This document shows, piece after piece, positions 19,098-29,195 of a stretch of DNA of 57,119 bases (positions within the stretch are counted from its first letter, which is position 1; each line of letters starts with the position of its first letter). Origin of the DNA: an uncultured Candidatus Bathyarchaeia archaeon (GTDB taxonomy: Archaea; Thermoproteota; Bathyarchaeia; 40CM-2-53-6); the NCBI GenBank assembly GCA_964649235.1, contig CAZYOZ010000003.1, positions 3,670 through 60,788 of the forward strand. Direction: 5' to 3'. The notes under the pieces are model-generated. The model did not search any database, had not been told where the DNA came from, and worked only from the letters and a program-made list of their open reading frames with translations. Made by a program: the position numbers and the translations under genes.

Positions 19098-20108
19098 ATG
19101 TTTCAGTTCGAAGAGAACAGGATCGTAGACGAAGTCAAGAAACGAGGAGCCAAACGGATACTAGTTCAAATGCCTGAAGGGCTGAAGCCTGTTGGCTTCA
19201 AACTAGCTAGACTTCTGGAAAAGGAAACTGGCTCAGAAGTTTTCGTATCAGGCGACCCATGTTACGGAGCATGCGACTTGGCCTTGTACCCGAAGAGCCG
19301 AATCGCCGCCGACCTATTGATTCACGTTGGTCATGCGGAAATACCGGGCGAATCTACCCAAGAAAGCATTCTGTATGTCGAAGCCCGAGCAGATGTTTCT
19401 GTGGAGACGCCAATGCAGGACGTGGTTAGGATGCTTGGGAAAGAACATGTGATTGGCTTAGCTTCGAATGTTCAGCACATAAACCAAATAGAAACTGCGA
19501 AGAAGATCCTTGAGGCTCATGGGAAGGAAGTTCTGGTCGGCAGGCCCTCGGGTTGGTTGAAGTATCCGGGCCAGGTCTTAGGCTGTGATTATGGCAGTAT
19601 GCGGGCGATTGCGAACAAGGTGGACGCCATTGTTCTGCTAAGCGGCGGAGACTTCCACGCGCTAGGAATACCGTTGGCGACCGGCAAGCGCACAATAGTC
19701 GTCGACCCCTTTGAGCACACAGCACGTGACATGACAGAAATCTGCAAGAGGCTGCTCCGAAAGAGATGGATCCAAATTACTCGCTTCAAAGAAGCGAAAA
19801 GGATCGGCATAATTGTTGGCCTGAAAAGCAGCCAGATGAATCTCTCGTTGGCCCGGCGATTGAAGCATCTTCTCGACGAAAACGGACACTCAACAATTTT
19901 GCTGTGCGCAACCGAAGTAATTCCAGAGACGCTCGGGTCATTCACTGATCTGGATGCCTATGTTGAAATCTCCTGCCCACGCATAAGCACTGACGACCAA
20001 GAACGATATCAGAAGCCAATCCTGAACCCTGAAGAAGTCATGGTCGCCCTAGGTAAGAAGAGCTGGGAAGACTACACCCAAGGGATGACACTCGAAGAGT
20101 GGCATTAG
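19098..20108 (+). CDS. dph2: Diphthamide biosynthesis enzyme Dph2
   Basis: QMPEGLK, CYGACD, GQVLGC, CPRIS.DD Fe-S cysteines. Confidence 0.95.
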   Translation: MFQFEENRIVDEVKKRGAKRILVQMPEGLKPVGFKLARLLEKETGSEVFVSGDPCYGACDLALYPKSRIAADLLIHVGHAEIPGESTQESILYVEARADVSVETPMQDVVRMLGKEHVIGLASNVQHINQIETAKKILEAHGKEVLVGRPSGWLKYPGQVLGCDYGSMRAIANKVDAIVLLSGGDFHALGIPLATGKRTIVVDPFEHTARDMTEICKRLLRKRWIQITRFKEAKRIGIIVGLKSSQMNLSLARRLKHLLDENGHSTILLCATEVIPETLGSFTDLDAYVEISCPRISTDDQERYQKPILNPEEVMVALGKKSWEDYTQGMTLEEWH

Positions 20109-20154
20109 AACAAAACAAGTCAATTCTCAATGAAGTTGGTTCAGGCTGTCTCAG

Positions 20155-20811
20155 TTGAAACCTGATGAGAAATCGGCAAGCATCGTCAAGGTCCGGAAAC
20201 GCGAATTGGCGATCAGTCTTCAGAGTGTCAAGGGGCATCCAGAACCGAAGCTGGCACTTGAACAATACACCATACCCGCCGAGTTGGCTTCAGAAGTTCT
20301 CTTCGAGGCTTGCTACGTGCACGGAGATATTGAAGGAAAAACCGTGGCAGACTTAGGTACCGGGACGGGGAGACTGGCTCTTGGAGCAGCGATGCTTGGT
20401 GCTGAATACGTTGCCGGGGTTGACGTTGATCGAAAGGCGCTAGGAGCGGCTTTGGAAAATTCCAAGCAGCTTGGTCTGGAAGTCGATTGGATACTGGGGA
20501 AAATCGAAGTTCTGAAGGGACCTGTAGACACAGTTCTGATGAATCCCCCCTTCGGCACCAGGACACCCCATACCGACCTCAGATTTCTCGAGACGGCGTT
20601 GAGACTTGGCAACGTGACCTACAGCATACACAAATCCTCAACACGCGGGTTCCTTCACCGATGGTTACAAGAAAAGGGGAGCCGCTTCGAAATATTGATG
20701 GAAACAAAGATGGAGATTCCACACCAATTCCCCTTCCACAGAAGGAAGCGGAGCTCCGTCGATGTCGACGTGTACAGAATCGAGCAAGTAGGGCAGAGTC
20801 TCCGTATCTGA
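20155..20811 (+). CDS. METTL5-family SAM-dependent methyltransferase
   Basis: LEQYTIP, DLGTGTG.L, MNPPFG, YSIHK. Confidence 0.92.
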   Translation: MKPDEKSASIVKVRKRELAISLQSVKGHPEPKLALEQYTIPAELASEVLFEACYVHGDIEGKTVADLGTGTGRLALGAAMLGAEYVAGVDVDRKALGAALENSKQLGLEVDWILGKIEVLKGPVDTVLMNPPFGTRTPHTDLRFLETALRLGNVTYSIHKSSTRGFLHRWLQEKGSRFEILMETKMEIPHQFPFHRRKRSSVDVDVYRIEQVGQSLRI

Positions 20812-20905
20812 CCTTATATACCGCCCTGCAATCTATCGGTTCGCGAATCGTGAAATTACAAGAAGAATGACCGTTCAGAAACTCAGATGACGAGCAGGTC
20901 AATCT

Positions 20906-21505
20906 GTGATTTCGAGGTTAAGTGCAGTCAATTTGAGCAAAGTCACAAGGGACCTAGTGCAACCGGTCCTCCCTGGGGACAAGCTGGGAGTTGTGGAAGA
21001 GTTCCTCCCAGGTGTGGGAACCTACGTTGAGGACGGAACGATTTACTCAAACTTCACCGGAACCGCGAAGATTGACATTAGGAACAAGCGAGTTGTGGTC
21101 ATTCCCAACACGAGGATGCCAGAGCTCCCCAAGGAAGGGGCAACCGTTTTGGCAACGGTGACTCATGCCCAAGAGAAAATGGCAACTATGAGCATCTGGA
21201 AGATTGACGGAAAGACACTACAAAATCCGTTCACCGCAATTCTTCACATCTCGTCCTCGAGCCCTCGCTATGAAAGAAACATGTCGGACGTCTGCAAGGC
21301 CGGTGACATAATTCGTGCAAGAGTTATTGACATGACGGGAAGAATTCCGCACCTAACGACGGCGGGTCGCGGGCTTGGAGTAGTAAAGGGCTTCTGCTCG
21401 AAGTGCGGGGCCATGTTAGAATTTGTAAACAAGCGACTCCAGTGCTCGTCATGCGGAAATCTGGAAAGGAGAAGATTAGCTGAAGACTATGGAAGGTTCG
21501 CTTGA
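20906..21505 (+). CDS. csl4: Exosome RNA-binding protein Csl4
   Basis: VLPGDKLGVVEEFLPG, GDIIRARVI, LGVV...CSKCG..CSSCG..E.R. Confidence 0.94.
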   Translation: MISRLSAVNLSKVTRDLVQPVLPGDKLGVVEEFLPGVGTYVEDGTIYSNFTGTAKIDIRNKRVVVIPNTRMPELPKEGATVLATVTHAQEKMATMSIWKIDGKTLQNPFTAILHISSSSPRYERNMSDVCKAGDIIRARVIDMTGRIPHLTTAGRGLGVVKGFCSKCGAMLEFVNKRLQCSSCGNLERRRLAEDYGRFA

Positions 21506-21515
21506 GGCAAAACAT

Positions 21516-21800
21516 ATGGAATTGAAAGTCATCTCGAAGACCAAGAATGATTTGAAATTTGAAATAATCGGAGAAGACCACACGTTCTGTAATCTGCTCC
21601 AGAAAGTGCTTCTGGAAGACAAGAACGTCGAGATCGCTGGATACGACCAACCGCACCCACTCATCAGGTCCAGCATTGTCTACCTAAGAACTAGGCGGGA
21701 TGTTTCACCGGAGAAAGCGCTCGTCAACGCATTGAACAACATACAGGAACTAAACAGAGAGTTCAGCACAAAATTCAACGAGGCCGTCAGCCACACCTGA
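21516..21800 (+). CDS. rpo11: RNA polymerase subunit Rpo11 (RpoL)
   Basis: GEDHTFCNLL, AGYDQPHPL. Confidence 0.95.
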   Translation: MELKVISKTKNDLKFEIIGEDHTFCNLLQKVLLEDKNVEIAGYDQPHPLIRSSIVYLRTRRDVSPEKALVNALNNIQELNREFSTKFNEAVSHT

Positions 21801-22168
21801 TGAGCAAACCTGAAACACTCCGTGAGATACTGCGGGACAAGGACCTCGCAAGCCTAGGGGACGCTTACGTCAACTTCGTCTATTCCTTAGCCCTAACGGA
21901 AACCAGCAGGCGGCCCAGGGCAACCAAAGTAAGTGACAGGATCCTAGCGGACGCCTTCAGACTCGCGGGGCTTCGTAATTATCTAGGCACTAGGGTTGCG
22001 AAAAAGGACCTCGCGAACGCTTGTGAATCCCTGTTGGCGGCAGCCTATCTTAATGGTCAGCTGGCCATTCAGGAAAGCGTGAAGATTCTCAGTCAGCATC
22101 CAGCCGGTCCCGCCTTAGGCCTTGCCGACCTGCTGAAGCTTGCCGCCGAACGCTTGGGCCCGGAATGA
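21800..22168 (+). CDS. Archaeal ribonuclease III-like family protein
   Basis: DKDLASLGDAYVNFVYSLA, KVSDRILADA, ANACESL. Confidence 0.8.
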   Translation: MSKPETLREILRDKDLASLGDAYVNFVYSLALTETSRRPRATKVSDRILADAFRLAGLRNYLGTRVAKKDLANACESLLAAAYLNGQLAIQESVKILSQHPAGPALGLADLLKLAAERLGPE

Positions 22169-22186
22169 AGCGGCGGGATTCTAATT

Positions 22187-22726
22187 TTGCCTAAAAGGGA
22201 GATCAGAATCCTTGGGCTGAGCGCCCCAAGAGGAGGGCGAATCGGCAAGAGTATTCCGATAGTGGGGATAATCTACAGGGGCAGCCTCTGGCTCGACGGT
22301 ATACTGGTATTCCTCGTGGACCCGAAACGTTCTGGCTACCTCAACACTGTGGCTACATCGATCAAGAACTCCAAACACTATTCCCAGATCAGGGCCGTCA
22401 TACTTTCGCGGCCGCAACTTGTCGCGAGAAAGACCATCCGTCTTCAGAAACTGGCGACTAGAATTAGGCTACCCGTCTTCTGCCTACTTCGGACATCTAA
22501 GGATGCGAGAGGACTTGGCAGGGAAACCAAGAGGGGACCAGTGATTCGCATTTTCCTAGGCAGAAGAGACCGCTCAGTTTTGGCCTACGGGATAGGCCGT
22601 CAGGAGGCTGAGAGTATTCTGAGGGTTGCATGTGCCGTCGGCACACGGATCCCTGAGGCCGTGAGAACCGCAGATCTGATTGCTAACCGCGTTCTGAACC
22701 AATCATTTCTAGCGGAAATCAAGTAA
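22187..22726 (+). CDS. DUF99 family (endonuclease V-like) protein
   Basis: EIRILG, VGIIYRG..WLDG, QIRAVIL, IPEAVRTADLIA; N-terminal acidic residues appear degenerate. Confidence 0.75.
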   Translation: MPKREIRILGLSAPRGGRIGKSIPIVGIIYRGSLWLDGILVFLVDPKRSGYLNTVATSIKNSKHYSQIRAVILSRPQLVARKTIRLQKLATRIRLPVFCLLRTSKDARGLGRETKRGPVIRIFLGRRDRSVLAYGIGRQEAESILRVACAVGTRIPEAVRTADLIANRVLNQSFLAEIK

Positions 22727-22774
22727 CGCTTAAATTGAACTCACAGGGATTGGGCTAGCCGGTCGTTATCAAAA

Positions 22775-23098
22775 GTGCAGTTTTGTCCACGCTGTGGCTT
22801 AGCACTTCTTCCGACCAAGAAGCAGAAATCGGTCGTGCTGAGCTGCCCCAAATGTGGATATGAAACAAAACGGTCAGACCGCACAATACAGAAGCTGCAG
22901 CAGAGGGAGGAGAACGTGGTGGTGATTGGCAAGGAGGAGCAGAAGATCCGGACTCTACCCAAGACAAAGGTCGACTGCCCCAAGTGTGGGCACAAGGAAG
23001 CATTCTACTGGCTTGTTCAGACACGAGGCGCAGATGAGTCATCCACGCAGTTCTTCCGATGCGTAAGCTGCGGAACTACTTGGCGTGAGAATTCTTAG
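22775..23098 (+). CDS. tfs: Transcription factor S (TFS/RpoM)
   Basis: FCPRCG..CPKCG; CPKCG..QTRGADE...FFRC..CG.TWRE. Confidence 0.96.
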   Translation: MQFCPRCGLALLPTKKQKSVVLSCPKCGYETKRSDRTIQKLQQREENVVVIGKEEQKIRTLPKTKVDCPKCGHKEAFYWLVQTRGADESSTQFFRCVSCGTTWRENS

Positions 23099-23182
23099 GC
23101 TCTGCAAGAACGTCGAACACCGTTCAATTAAAGTACACAAGGGCGTCTTTCTAGACGCCAACTAGCGATTGGTGGTCAGCGC

Positions 23183-23935
23183 TTGTTTAAGGCAACTATC
23201 GGTGACGCCAGGCTTTGGAGGAACCTGCTTTCGGCAATCTCAACTCTCATTGAAGAAGCTGATTTCAATGCAGCGCCGGAGGGAATTAAGCTAAGGTCAA
23301 TGGATCCGTCTCATGTTGCCATGGTGGACTTCGAGTGGAACAAGTCTGCATTCGATGAGTATACCTGCCTTCAACCCACTAAGATCAGACTGAATGTGAG
23401 CGACATTGTCAAGAAGTTGCGCGGCGCAGGGTCCGAGCCACTCGAGCTGGCTTATGATGAAGGCACGCGCAAGCTGAACATGGTCATAAAGGGAAAATGG
23501 AGGACAACATTCATCCTACCTACTCTAGATCCGGGCGACGAGGAAGTCCCAACACCCAAGATCGCGTTCAACAGCAAGATCAAGATGATCAGCTCAAGTT
23601 TCGCGGGAATCATCGATCGAATTCAGACGGTAAGTGACAATGTACGGCTGGAGACTACCCAAGAAAGGTTTACTGCCGAAGCGGTTACGGAACTGAGTAG
23701 CGTGAAGATTGAGCTGGAAAAGGGAAGCGAAGACTTGTTGGAATTGGAAGTCAAGGAGCCTTGCAAGGCCACCTTCAATCTGAATTACCTCGGAGAGATC
23801 TCGAAGGCTGGCTCTACAGCTGCGGAGCTCGTAACTCTCGAGTTCTCAACCAATATGCCGATTAAACTGGAATACGAGATGCCGCAACAAGGCAAACTGC
23901 TCTATTACGTCGCCCCGAGAATCGAGGCGGAGTAG
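23183..23935 (+). CDS. pcn: PCNA sliding clamp
   Basis: LRSMDPSHVAMVD, F.L.YL, YYVAPRIE. Confidence 0.97.
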   Translation: MFKATIGDARLWRNLLSAISTLIEEADFNAAPEGIKLRSMDPSHVAMVDFEWNKSAFDEYTCLQPTKIRLNVSDIVKKLRGAGSEPLELAYDEGTRKLNMVIKGKWRTTFILPTLDPGDEEVPTPKIAFNSKIKMISSSFAGIIDRIQTVSDNVRLETTQERFTAEAVTELSSVKIELEKGSEDLLELEVKEPCKATFNLNYLGEISKAGSTAAELVTLEFSTNMPIKLEYEMPQQGKLLYYVAPRIEAE

Positions 23936-24003
23936 ACGTATTAACCCCGAAAACGAAACTGTCCTTGCCTCAACCTGCCTCCTGAGGCTCGGAGGCGAAT
24001 GGA

Positions 24004-25080
24004 ATGCAGGCCCTTCTCACAAGGTTAGACTTGGCAAAATATCCGTTCACGGCTGAGGCTTCGGACTACATAAGATCCTTCAACATCGACCCAGCCGAAC
24101 TCGCCAGACCAGAACTCAGGCCGATTCTTGACCGCGCCATAGATAGGATTAAGCAGGCTGTTCTCGCAGGCAGAATTCTAGCCGACCTAACTCAAGAGGA
24201 TGTCGACATACTCGCATATCCAACCGCCCTGATGCTGATCAGCATAATCGCGGACGACAGGGCCCGACGAAGATACGCACTGGCCGAGGCAAAGAGAGCC
24301 TATCAGCTGCTGAGAGAGGAACCCCCCGACAAGCTGCTGCAAGTAGCGGCGGGATCTTTCCATTGGGATACAAAGCTTATCGACAGAGATCTCGGCGACA
24401 GTCACTACGAATTCGCGGTTCATTTCAAAGATTATGTGCGCAACTCAGCGAGGATCCGAGACATGAGATGGAAACTAGTGAATCGAGTTCTTTCGGAAGG
24501 TTACGTTTTCCTTCCTCGAGAAGACTTCGCGAGATTGCTTGAAGAAGAGATTGAAGCACGCGTTCTGGAAAGAACATCTAATCTGGAGCTCAGTCTGCCT
24601 AAAGAGCTCGAGCCACTTGTTGAACCTCTTCGCTCAACCCTCAAGGCCAGAGCGCAATTCCTAACAGCCGAGGAGGTGCCGAGAGCCGTCATGGCTTCCG
24701 CAATGCCTCCCTGCATGAAAAACCTGCTTAGCCTCCTTCAATCGAGTAAGCACATTTCACACATGGGCCGCTTCGCCATGGCAGCCTTCCTACTCAACAT
24801 TGGGACAAGTGAAGAGGAACTGCTGAAGATGTTCACGGCCTTCAGTGATTTCGACGAGAGGATTGCCCGTTATCAAGTGGAGCACATAGCAGGGAAACGC
24901 GGCTCAAGGAGAAAGTACACGGCGCCCAACTGTGATACCATGAAGACGCACGGGCTTTGCGTGAACCCTGACAAGCTATGCGCAACGATAACACACCCGC
25001 TGACGTACTACAGGAAGAAAACCAGAATGCTCTTTCAAAAGCGTAAGCCAAGATACCCCTCCGGAAAACGCCGCAACTGA
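24004..25080 (+). CDS. priL: DNA primase large subunit
   Basis: LAKYPF, WKLVNR.L..GYV, PPCM, FDERIARYQVEHIAG, PNC.TMK..GLC....C...HPL.YY. Confidence 0.96.
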   Translation: MQALLTRLDLAKYPFTAEASDYIRSFNIDPAELARPELRPILDRAIDRIKQAVLAGRILADLTQEDVDILAYPTALMLISIIADDRARRRYALAEAKRAYQLLREEPPDKLLQVAAGSFHWDTKLIDRDLGDSHYEFAVHFKDYVRNSARIRDMRWKLVNRVLSEGYVFLPREDFARLLEEEIEARVLERTSNLELSLPKELEPLVEPLRSTLKARAQFLTAEEVPRAVMASAMPPCMKNLLSLLQSSKHISHMGRFAMAAFLLNIGTSEEELLKMFTAFSDFDERIARYQVEHIAGKRGSRRKYTAPNCDTMKTHGLCVNPDKLCATITHPLTYYRKKTRMLFQKRKPRYPSGKRRN

Positions 25081-25095
25081 ACTGGGAGTAACCCC

Positions 25096-27510
25096 TTGAG
25101 CCTCTCAAAGACACTCCTTACACTGCTACTTCTGATGGCAATCACAGTTGTGGCCCTAGCTCCTGTGGGGGCATTACTGCAGCCTGCCTTAGCCTCCTCA
25201 TTCATAGAACGAAGTGTCGTCCCTCAAGACGGAAAGCTGTCTCTGTTCGTTATGAGCATGAACGACATTAGTCATGAAGAGTCTCTGACTTTGCAGAGGT
25301 TAGGTACCCTAACAACCGTTGTTGGTTCCGTTGCAGTCCTTCATACGTATCCTGATAACTTGAGACAAGTTCGCGAGCTGCCCTTCGTCTCTAGGATCGA
25401 GACCTCACATCCTCTTCACGTCTACTTGGACAAGAGCGTCCCGGAAATCGGCGCGGATATGGTCTGGCGTGAGGTCAAGGATGCTTACGGCCGAAACGTC
25501 ACCGGGGCTGGCGTAGTCATCGGCTTCGTAGATACAGGCATCGACATTGCCCACCCAGACTTCACCTTCCCCAACGGGACCACGAAAATTCTCTACGTCT
25601 GGGACCAGACAACCAGAGGCCGCCCTCCCAAGGGGTTTGACTACGGGTACGAATGTACCTCCCTTGACATTGAGGGCAAGAGCTGCCCTGAATTGGACAG
25701 CTTCGGTCACGGTACTCATGTAGCTGGGATAGCGGCAAGCTCAGGCCGAGCAACTGGCAACTTCACTGGGGTTGCTCCCTACGCTTCAATTATTTTCGTC
25801 AAGAGTGGGCACACAACTTGCAACGGTGACAGCTGGACCTTCGACACCGCCGAGATTCTTGATGGCATCAACTACATCACACAAAGGGCTACACAGCTGG
25901 GTCTCCGGGCGGTCATCAACTTGAGCTTAGGAGGAAACATTGGTGGTCATGACGGCAGTGACCCGTTGGAACACGGGCTTGACGCATTCGTCAAGTCAGG
26001 AACACCGGTCGTTGTAGCCGCCGGAAACTCCGCACAGGATAAGGACCATGCGCGAGGACAACTTCGACGAGGCGACGACGTCACTCTCAACATCGAAGTG
26101 CAGAAAACTACTACCGACCTCGCAGTCGATGTCTGGTATTCGCCACTCGACCAAATTGATGCCGTCCTGAAAACTCCAAACGGTGAGGCCTATGCGATTC
26201 CAACACCTGCTGGTGGTGCTCGTAGCTTCTATGGAAAAGTTACTGCCTTTGAGAGCTCGTCAGCTCTCGGCAGTGAAATCTACTTCGAAGTCAACTCGAA
26301 TGGCACACTACCAAGCGACGGGTGGAGCCTCAGGCTCAGAGCGAATGCTGTGCGCGCAAACAGCACTTGGGACGCCTGGATTGACACGGCCGGCTGCATA
26401 TTTCCTGGAGCCACCTTCCTTCCAGGGTCAGGTTACCTCATAGACCCATTTAATACCATAGGCATCCCCGGAACCGCGAAACTTGTGGTGACCGTAGGAG
26501 CATATGTATCCAAGAATTCGTGGCGCGGCATCAATGGCGAGTCATTCGGTCACACGAGTTTTCCGGTTGGCGAGATTGCATCCTTCAGTGGGCTTGGGCC
26601 TACAAGGGACGGCAGGATCAAACCTGATGTGGCCTCGCCTGGCATATTCATCGCATCAGCGAGATCAAGCCTAGTTCCGAAGAGCGACAGTGACCCTGAC
26701 GCATACCACAGAATGCTCGCCGGCACTAGCATGGCAGCTCCTCATGTCGCCGGCGTAGTCGCCTTAATGCTGCAGTACGAACCGAATCTTGACGCAAGCG
26801 AGATCCCGAGGACATTTAGGGAAACAGCACGCCCTGACATCCATACTGGCCTGATTCCCAACGGCTCGCCCGTTTGGGGATTCGGAAAGGCTGATGGAAG
26901 AACAGCTACGGGGCTCTTTCGGATCACAATGGTTTTCGCAGGGATACCACAGGAGACCATTGCAACAGTAAGGATAGACGGTAGTCAAACCGTAGTCGTG
27001 CACGGAGGGGCTTGGGTAGAGCTCTATTTTCCTTTGGGAACAGAGCATACATTGTCATCGGATGCACAATTGCTGGAAGCCCCAGGCACAAGGTACAATC
27101 TGCGCGGCGGCAATCTCACTGTAACCACGAACTTACTGAAGGTGCTAAACTACACAGCGCAGTATTACCTCAGCGTCAGCTCGAAATTCGGACCTTCTTC
27201 TGGCTCAGGATGGTACGATGCTAACTCTACAGCTCAGATTTTTTCTCCGCAGATGGTGCCAGCACCAGGAATCTTACAACTCATTGGCGCTAGCTATCGC
27301 TTCGCTTACTGGGTTGACGAAGACGGGAAGGCAGTGTCTGAACCGGTTCTTATGGATAGACCAAGAACGGTTACAGCAGTCTACGTCCTAACGTACCCCC
27401 CTGCAATTCTAGTCGCAGTGGTTTTGGCGTCTGTAACTATCGTAGGAGCCGTTCTAATGCGCAAACGTCGAAAGAAAGAGACGCTTGCTCCTGAAGCTAT
27501 TCCTTCTTGA
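25096..27510 (+). CDS. Secreted, membrane-anchored S8 subtilisin-like serine protease with inserted domain
   Basis: Signal peptide; catalytic FVDTG, HGTHVAGIA, GTSMAAPHVAG; oxyanion AAGN; C-terminal TM + KRRKK. Confidence 0.93.
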   Translation: MSLSKTLLTLLLLMAITVVALAPVGALLQPALASSFIERSVVPQDGKLSLFVMSMNDISHEESLTLQRLGTLTTVVGSVAVLHTYPDNLRQVRELPFVSRIETSHPLHVYLDKSVPEIGADMVWREVKDAYGRNVTGAGVVIGFVDTGIDIAHPDFTFPNGTTKILYVWDQTTRGRPPKGFDYGYECTSLDIEGKSCPELDSFGHGTHVAGIAASSGRATGNFTGVAPYASIIFVKSGHTTCNGDSWTFDTAEILDGINYITQRATQLGLRAVINLSLGGNIGGHDGSDPLEHGLDAFVKSGTPVVVAAGNSAQDKDHARGQLRRGDDVTLNIEVQKTTTDLAVDVWYSPLDQIDAVLKTPNGEAYAIPTPAGGARSFYGKVTAFESSSALGSEIYFEVNSNGTLPSDGWSLRLRANAVRANSTWDAWIDTAGCIFPGATFLPGSGYLIDPFNTIGIPGTAKLVVTVGAYVSKNSWRGINGESFGHTSFPVGEIASFSGLGPTRDGRIKPDVASPGIFIASARSSLVPKSDSDPDAYHRMLAGTSMAAPHVAGVVALMLQYEPNLDASEIPRTFRETARPDIHTGLIPNGSPVWGFGKADGRTATGLFRITMVFAGIPQETIATVRIDGSQTVVVHGGAWVELYFPLGTEHTLSSDAQLLEAPGTRYNLRGGNLTVTTNLLKVLNYTAQYYLSVSSKFGPSSGSGWYDANSTAQIFSPQMVPAPGILQLIGASYRFAYWVDEDGKAVSEPVLMDRPRTVTAVYVLTYPPAILVAVVLASVTIVGAVLMRKRRKKETLAPEAIPS

Positions 27511-27811
27511 GCAGTACGTCGGTTCCCTGCACCTTGACGGCGAAAGCCACTTCATCTCTCATTGGTGGCGGGTTAACAACTTTCCCCGTCGTAACGTCGA
27601 ATTGGCCTCCGTGCCAAGGACAGATAACCACATTGCCTTCTAGTTCGCCTTCGTCGAGTGGCCCGCCTCTGTGTGTGCACGTGCTAGTGATGGCGTAGAT
27701 GCTACCAGCAACATTCACTACAAGAACATCTTCGCCGCCTACCTGAACTTTCTTCAGCTTGCCAGCAGGAAAATCGCTAACCTGACCAACCTCGACGTAG
27801 CCTTCGCTCAT
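27497..27811 (-). CDS. Rieske [2Fe-2S] ferredoxin
   Basis: CTHRGGPL and CPWHGGQFD..TG. Confidence 0.93.
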   Translation of the reverse strand: MSEGYVEVGQVSDFPAGKLKKVQVGGEDVLVVNVAGSIYAITSTCTHRGGPLDEGELEGNVVICPWHGGQFDVTTGKVVNPPPMRDEVAFAVKVQGTDVLLKKE

Positions 27812-27923
27812 GCACGTCTCATCAAGATTTTCATAAGCTCCTGTAACATTTATGCATTCAGAACGCCTAGCGTTCCGCGCCGTGCGGTGCTAACGTCTCA
27901 ACTCGAAAAGGGAATGAAAAAAG

Positions 27924-29195
27924 TTGGAGGCATGGAAACAGGCTGCAGAACGTTTAGACTTTTTGAGGGCAAGGTTTCAGGAGTACTATCGCGAAAACCT
28001 TGCTTCAATTAGACCGCCTCCTTCGGTGGGGGAGCGAGAGTTCGGTTTTCTGCTTTTCAAGGAAAGAATAATGGTGCGTCACAAGGCCTTCGCTGGTTTC
28101 AGCGACTTTGGTCATTATCTTCTCTCATTAGTTCCCTCTGATGTCTACTATTCCACGGCATACTACAAACATCCTGAATTGGACATGGACCGGAAAGAAT
28201 GGTTGGGGTCTGATGTTGTGTTCGATGTGGACGCTGACCACATTGACACCCCATGCAAGGAGAAACATGACATGTGGGTTTGTCCCAAATGCAAGGAGAC
28301 GCGCGGAGGCAAAAAGCCAGTTAAGTGCCCTAACTGCGGCCACGAGAAACTTGAAGAAAAAGCGTGGTTATGCGACAGATGCCTAATCGCAGCTAAGGAA
28401 GAGGTTCTAAAACTCATTGAATTTCTCTTGCAGGACTTCGGGATCGGTTCACATGAAATGCACGTATTCTTTTCGGGACACCGAGGTTACCACCTTCACA
28501 TAATTTCTGATAAGATGAAGAACCTAGACGAAATTCAACGCAAGGAAATCGTCGACTATGTGTTGGCGCTCGGTTTAGATTCGGCACAACAAGGGCTCTA
28601 CCAAGACCTGCTAGACAATAGGCACCCGATTGTTAGAGGCCCGGAGCTAACGGACGCAGGGTGGCGTGGGCGATTAGCCAAAGGAGTCTACACAATACTC
28701 ACAGAATTCGACGCTCAACAACTCGTAGACTTAGGATTCTCCCGAGGAGCTGCAGACCAGATCTCGAAGGAGCGCGAAACAATAAGGACGGAATGGGCAA
28801 AGAAAATGCTTTGGAGTTCCTTTCAAGATAGATGGAGAATAAACGATAGAGCTTGGAACAACATAGTCGAGAAGGCATTAAGGCTGGTTGCCCTCCCAGC
28901 AAGAATCGACACCGTGGTTACGACTGACATTCACAGGTTGATCAGGATGCCAGAAACTCTGAATGGTAAGACAGGACTGAGAGCCGCGCTAGTAGATCTT
29001 GACACACTAGAAGAGTTCGACCCATTCGACAGACCAGTGGCCTTTGAGGGAACGCAGAAGGTTTTCGTTAGGGACTCGCCGGAAATACGCATTCGTGACC
29101 GGAGGCTAGGTCCCTTCATTAATGAGAAAGTTGAATTACCGTTGGCAGCCGCAGTTTTGCTGGTCGCCAAGGGAGTAGCCAATCCGGTCGAGTGA
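27924..29195 (+). CDS. priS: DNA primase small (catalytic) subunit
   Basis: REFGF, DVYYSTAYY..P, VFDVDADH, FSGHRGYHLH, IDTVVTTDIHRLIRMP..LNGKTGL. Confidence 0.96.
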   Translation: MEAWKQAAERLDFLRARFQEYYRENLASIRPPPSVGEREFGFLLFKERIMVRHKAFAGFSDFGHYLLSLVPSDVYYSTAYYKHPELDMDRKEWLGSDVVFDVDADHIDTPCKEKHDMWVCPKCKETRGGKKPVKCPNCGHEKLEEKAWLCDRCLIAAKEEVLKLIEFLLQDFGIGSHEMHVFFSGHRGYHLHIISDKMKNLDEIQRKEIVDYVLALGLDSAQQGLYQDLLDNRHPIVRGPELTDAGWRGRLAKGVYTILTEFDAQQLVDLGFSRGAADQISKERETIRTEWAKKMLWSSFQDRWRINDRAWNNIVEKALRLVALPARIDTVVTTDIHRLIRMPETLNGKTGLRAALVDLDTLEEFDPFDRPVAFEGTQKVFVRDSPEIRIRDRRLGPFINEKVELPLAAAVLLVAKGVANPVE

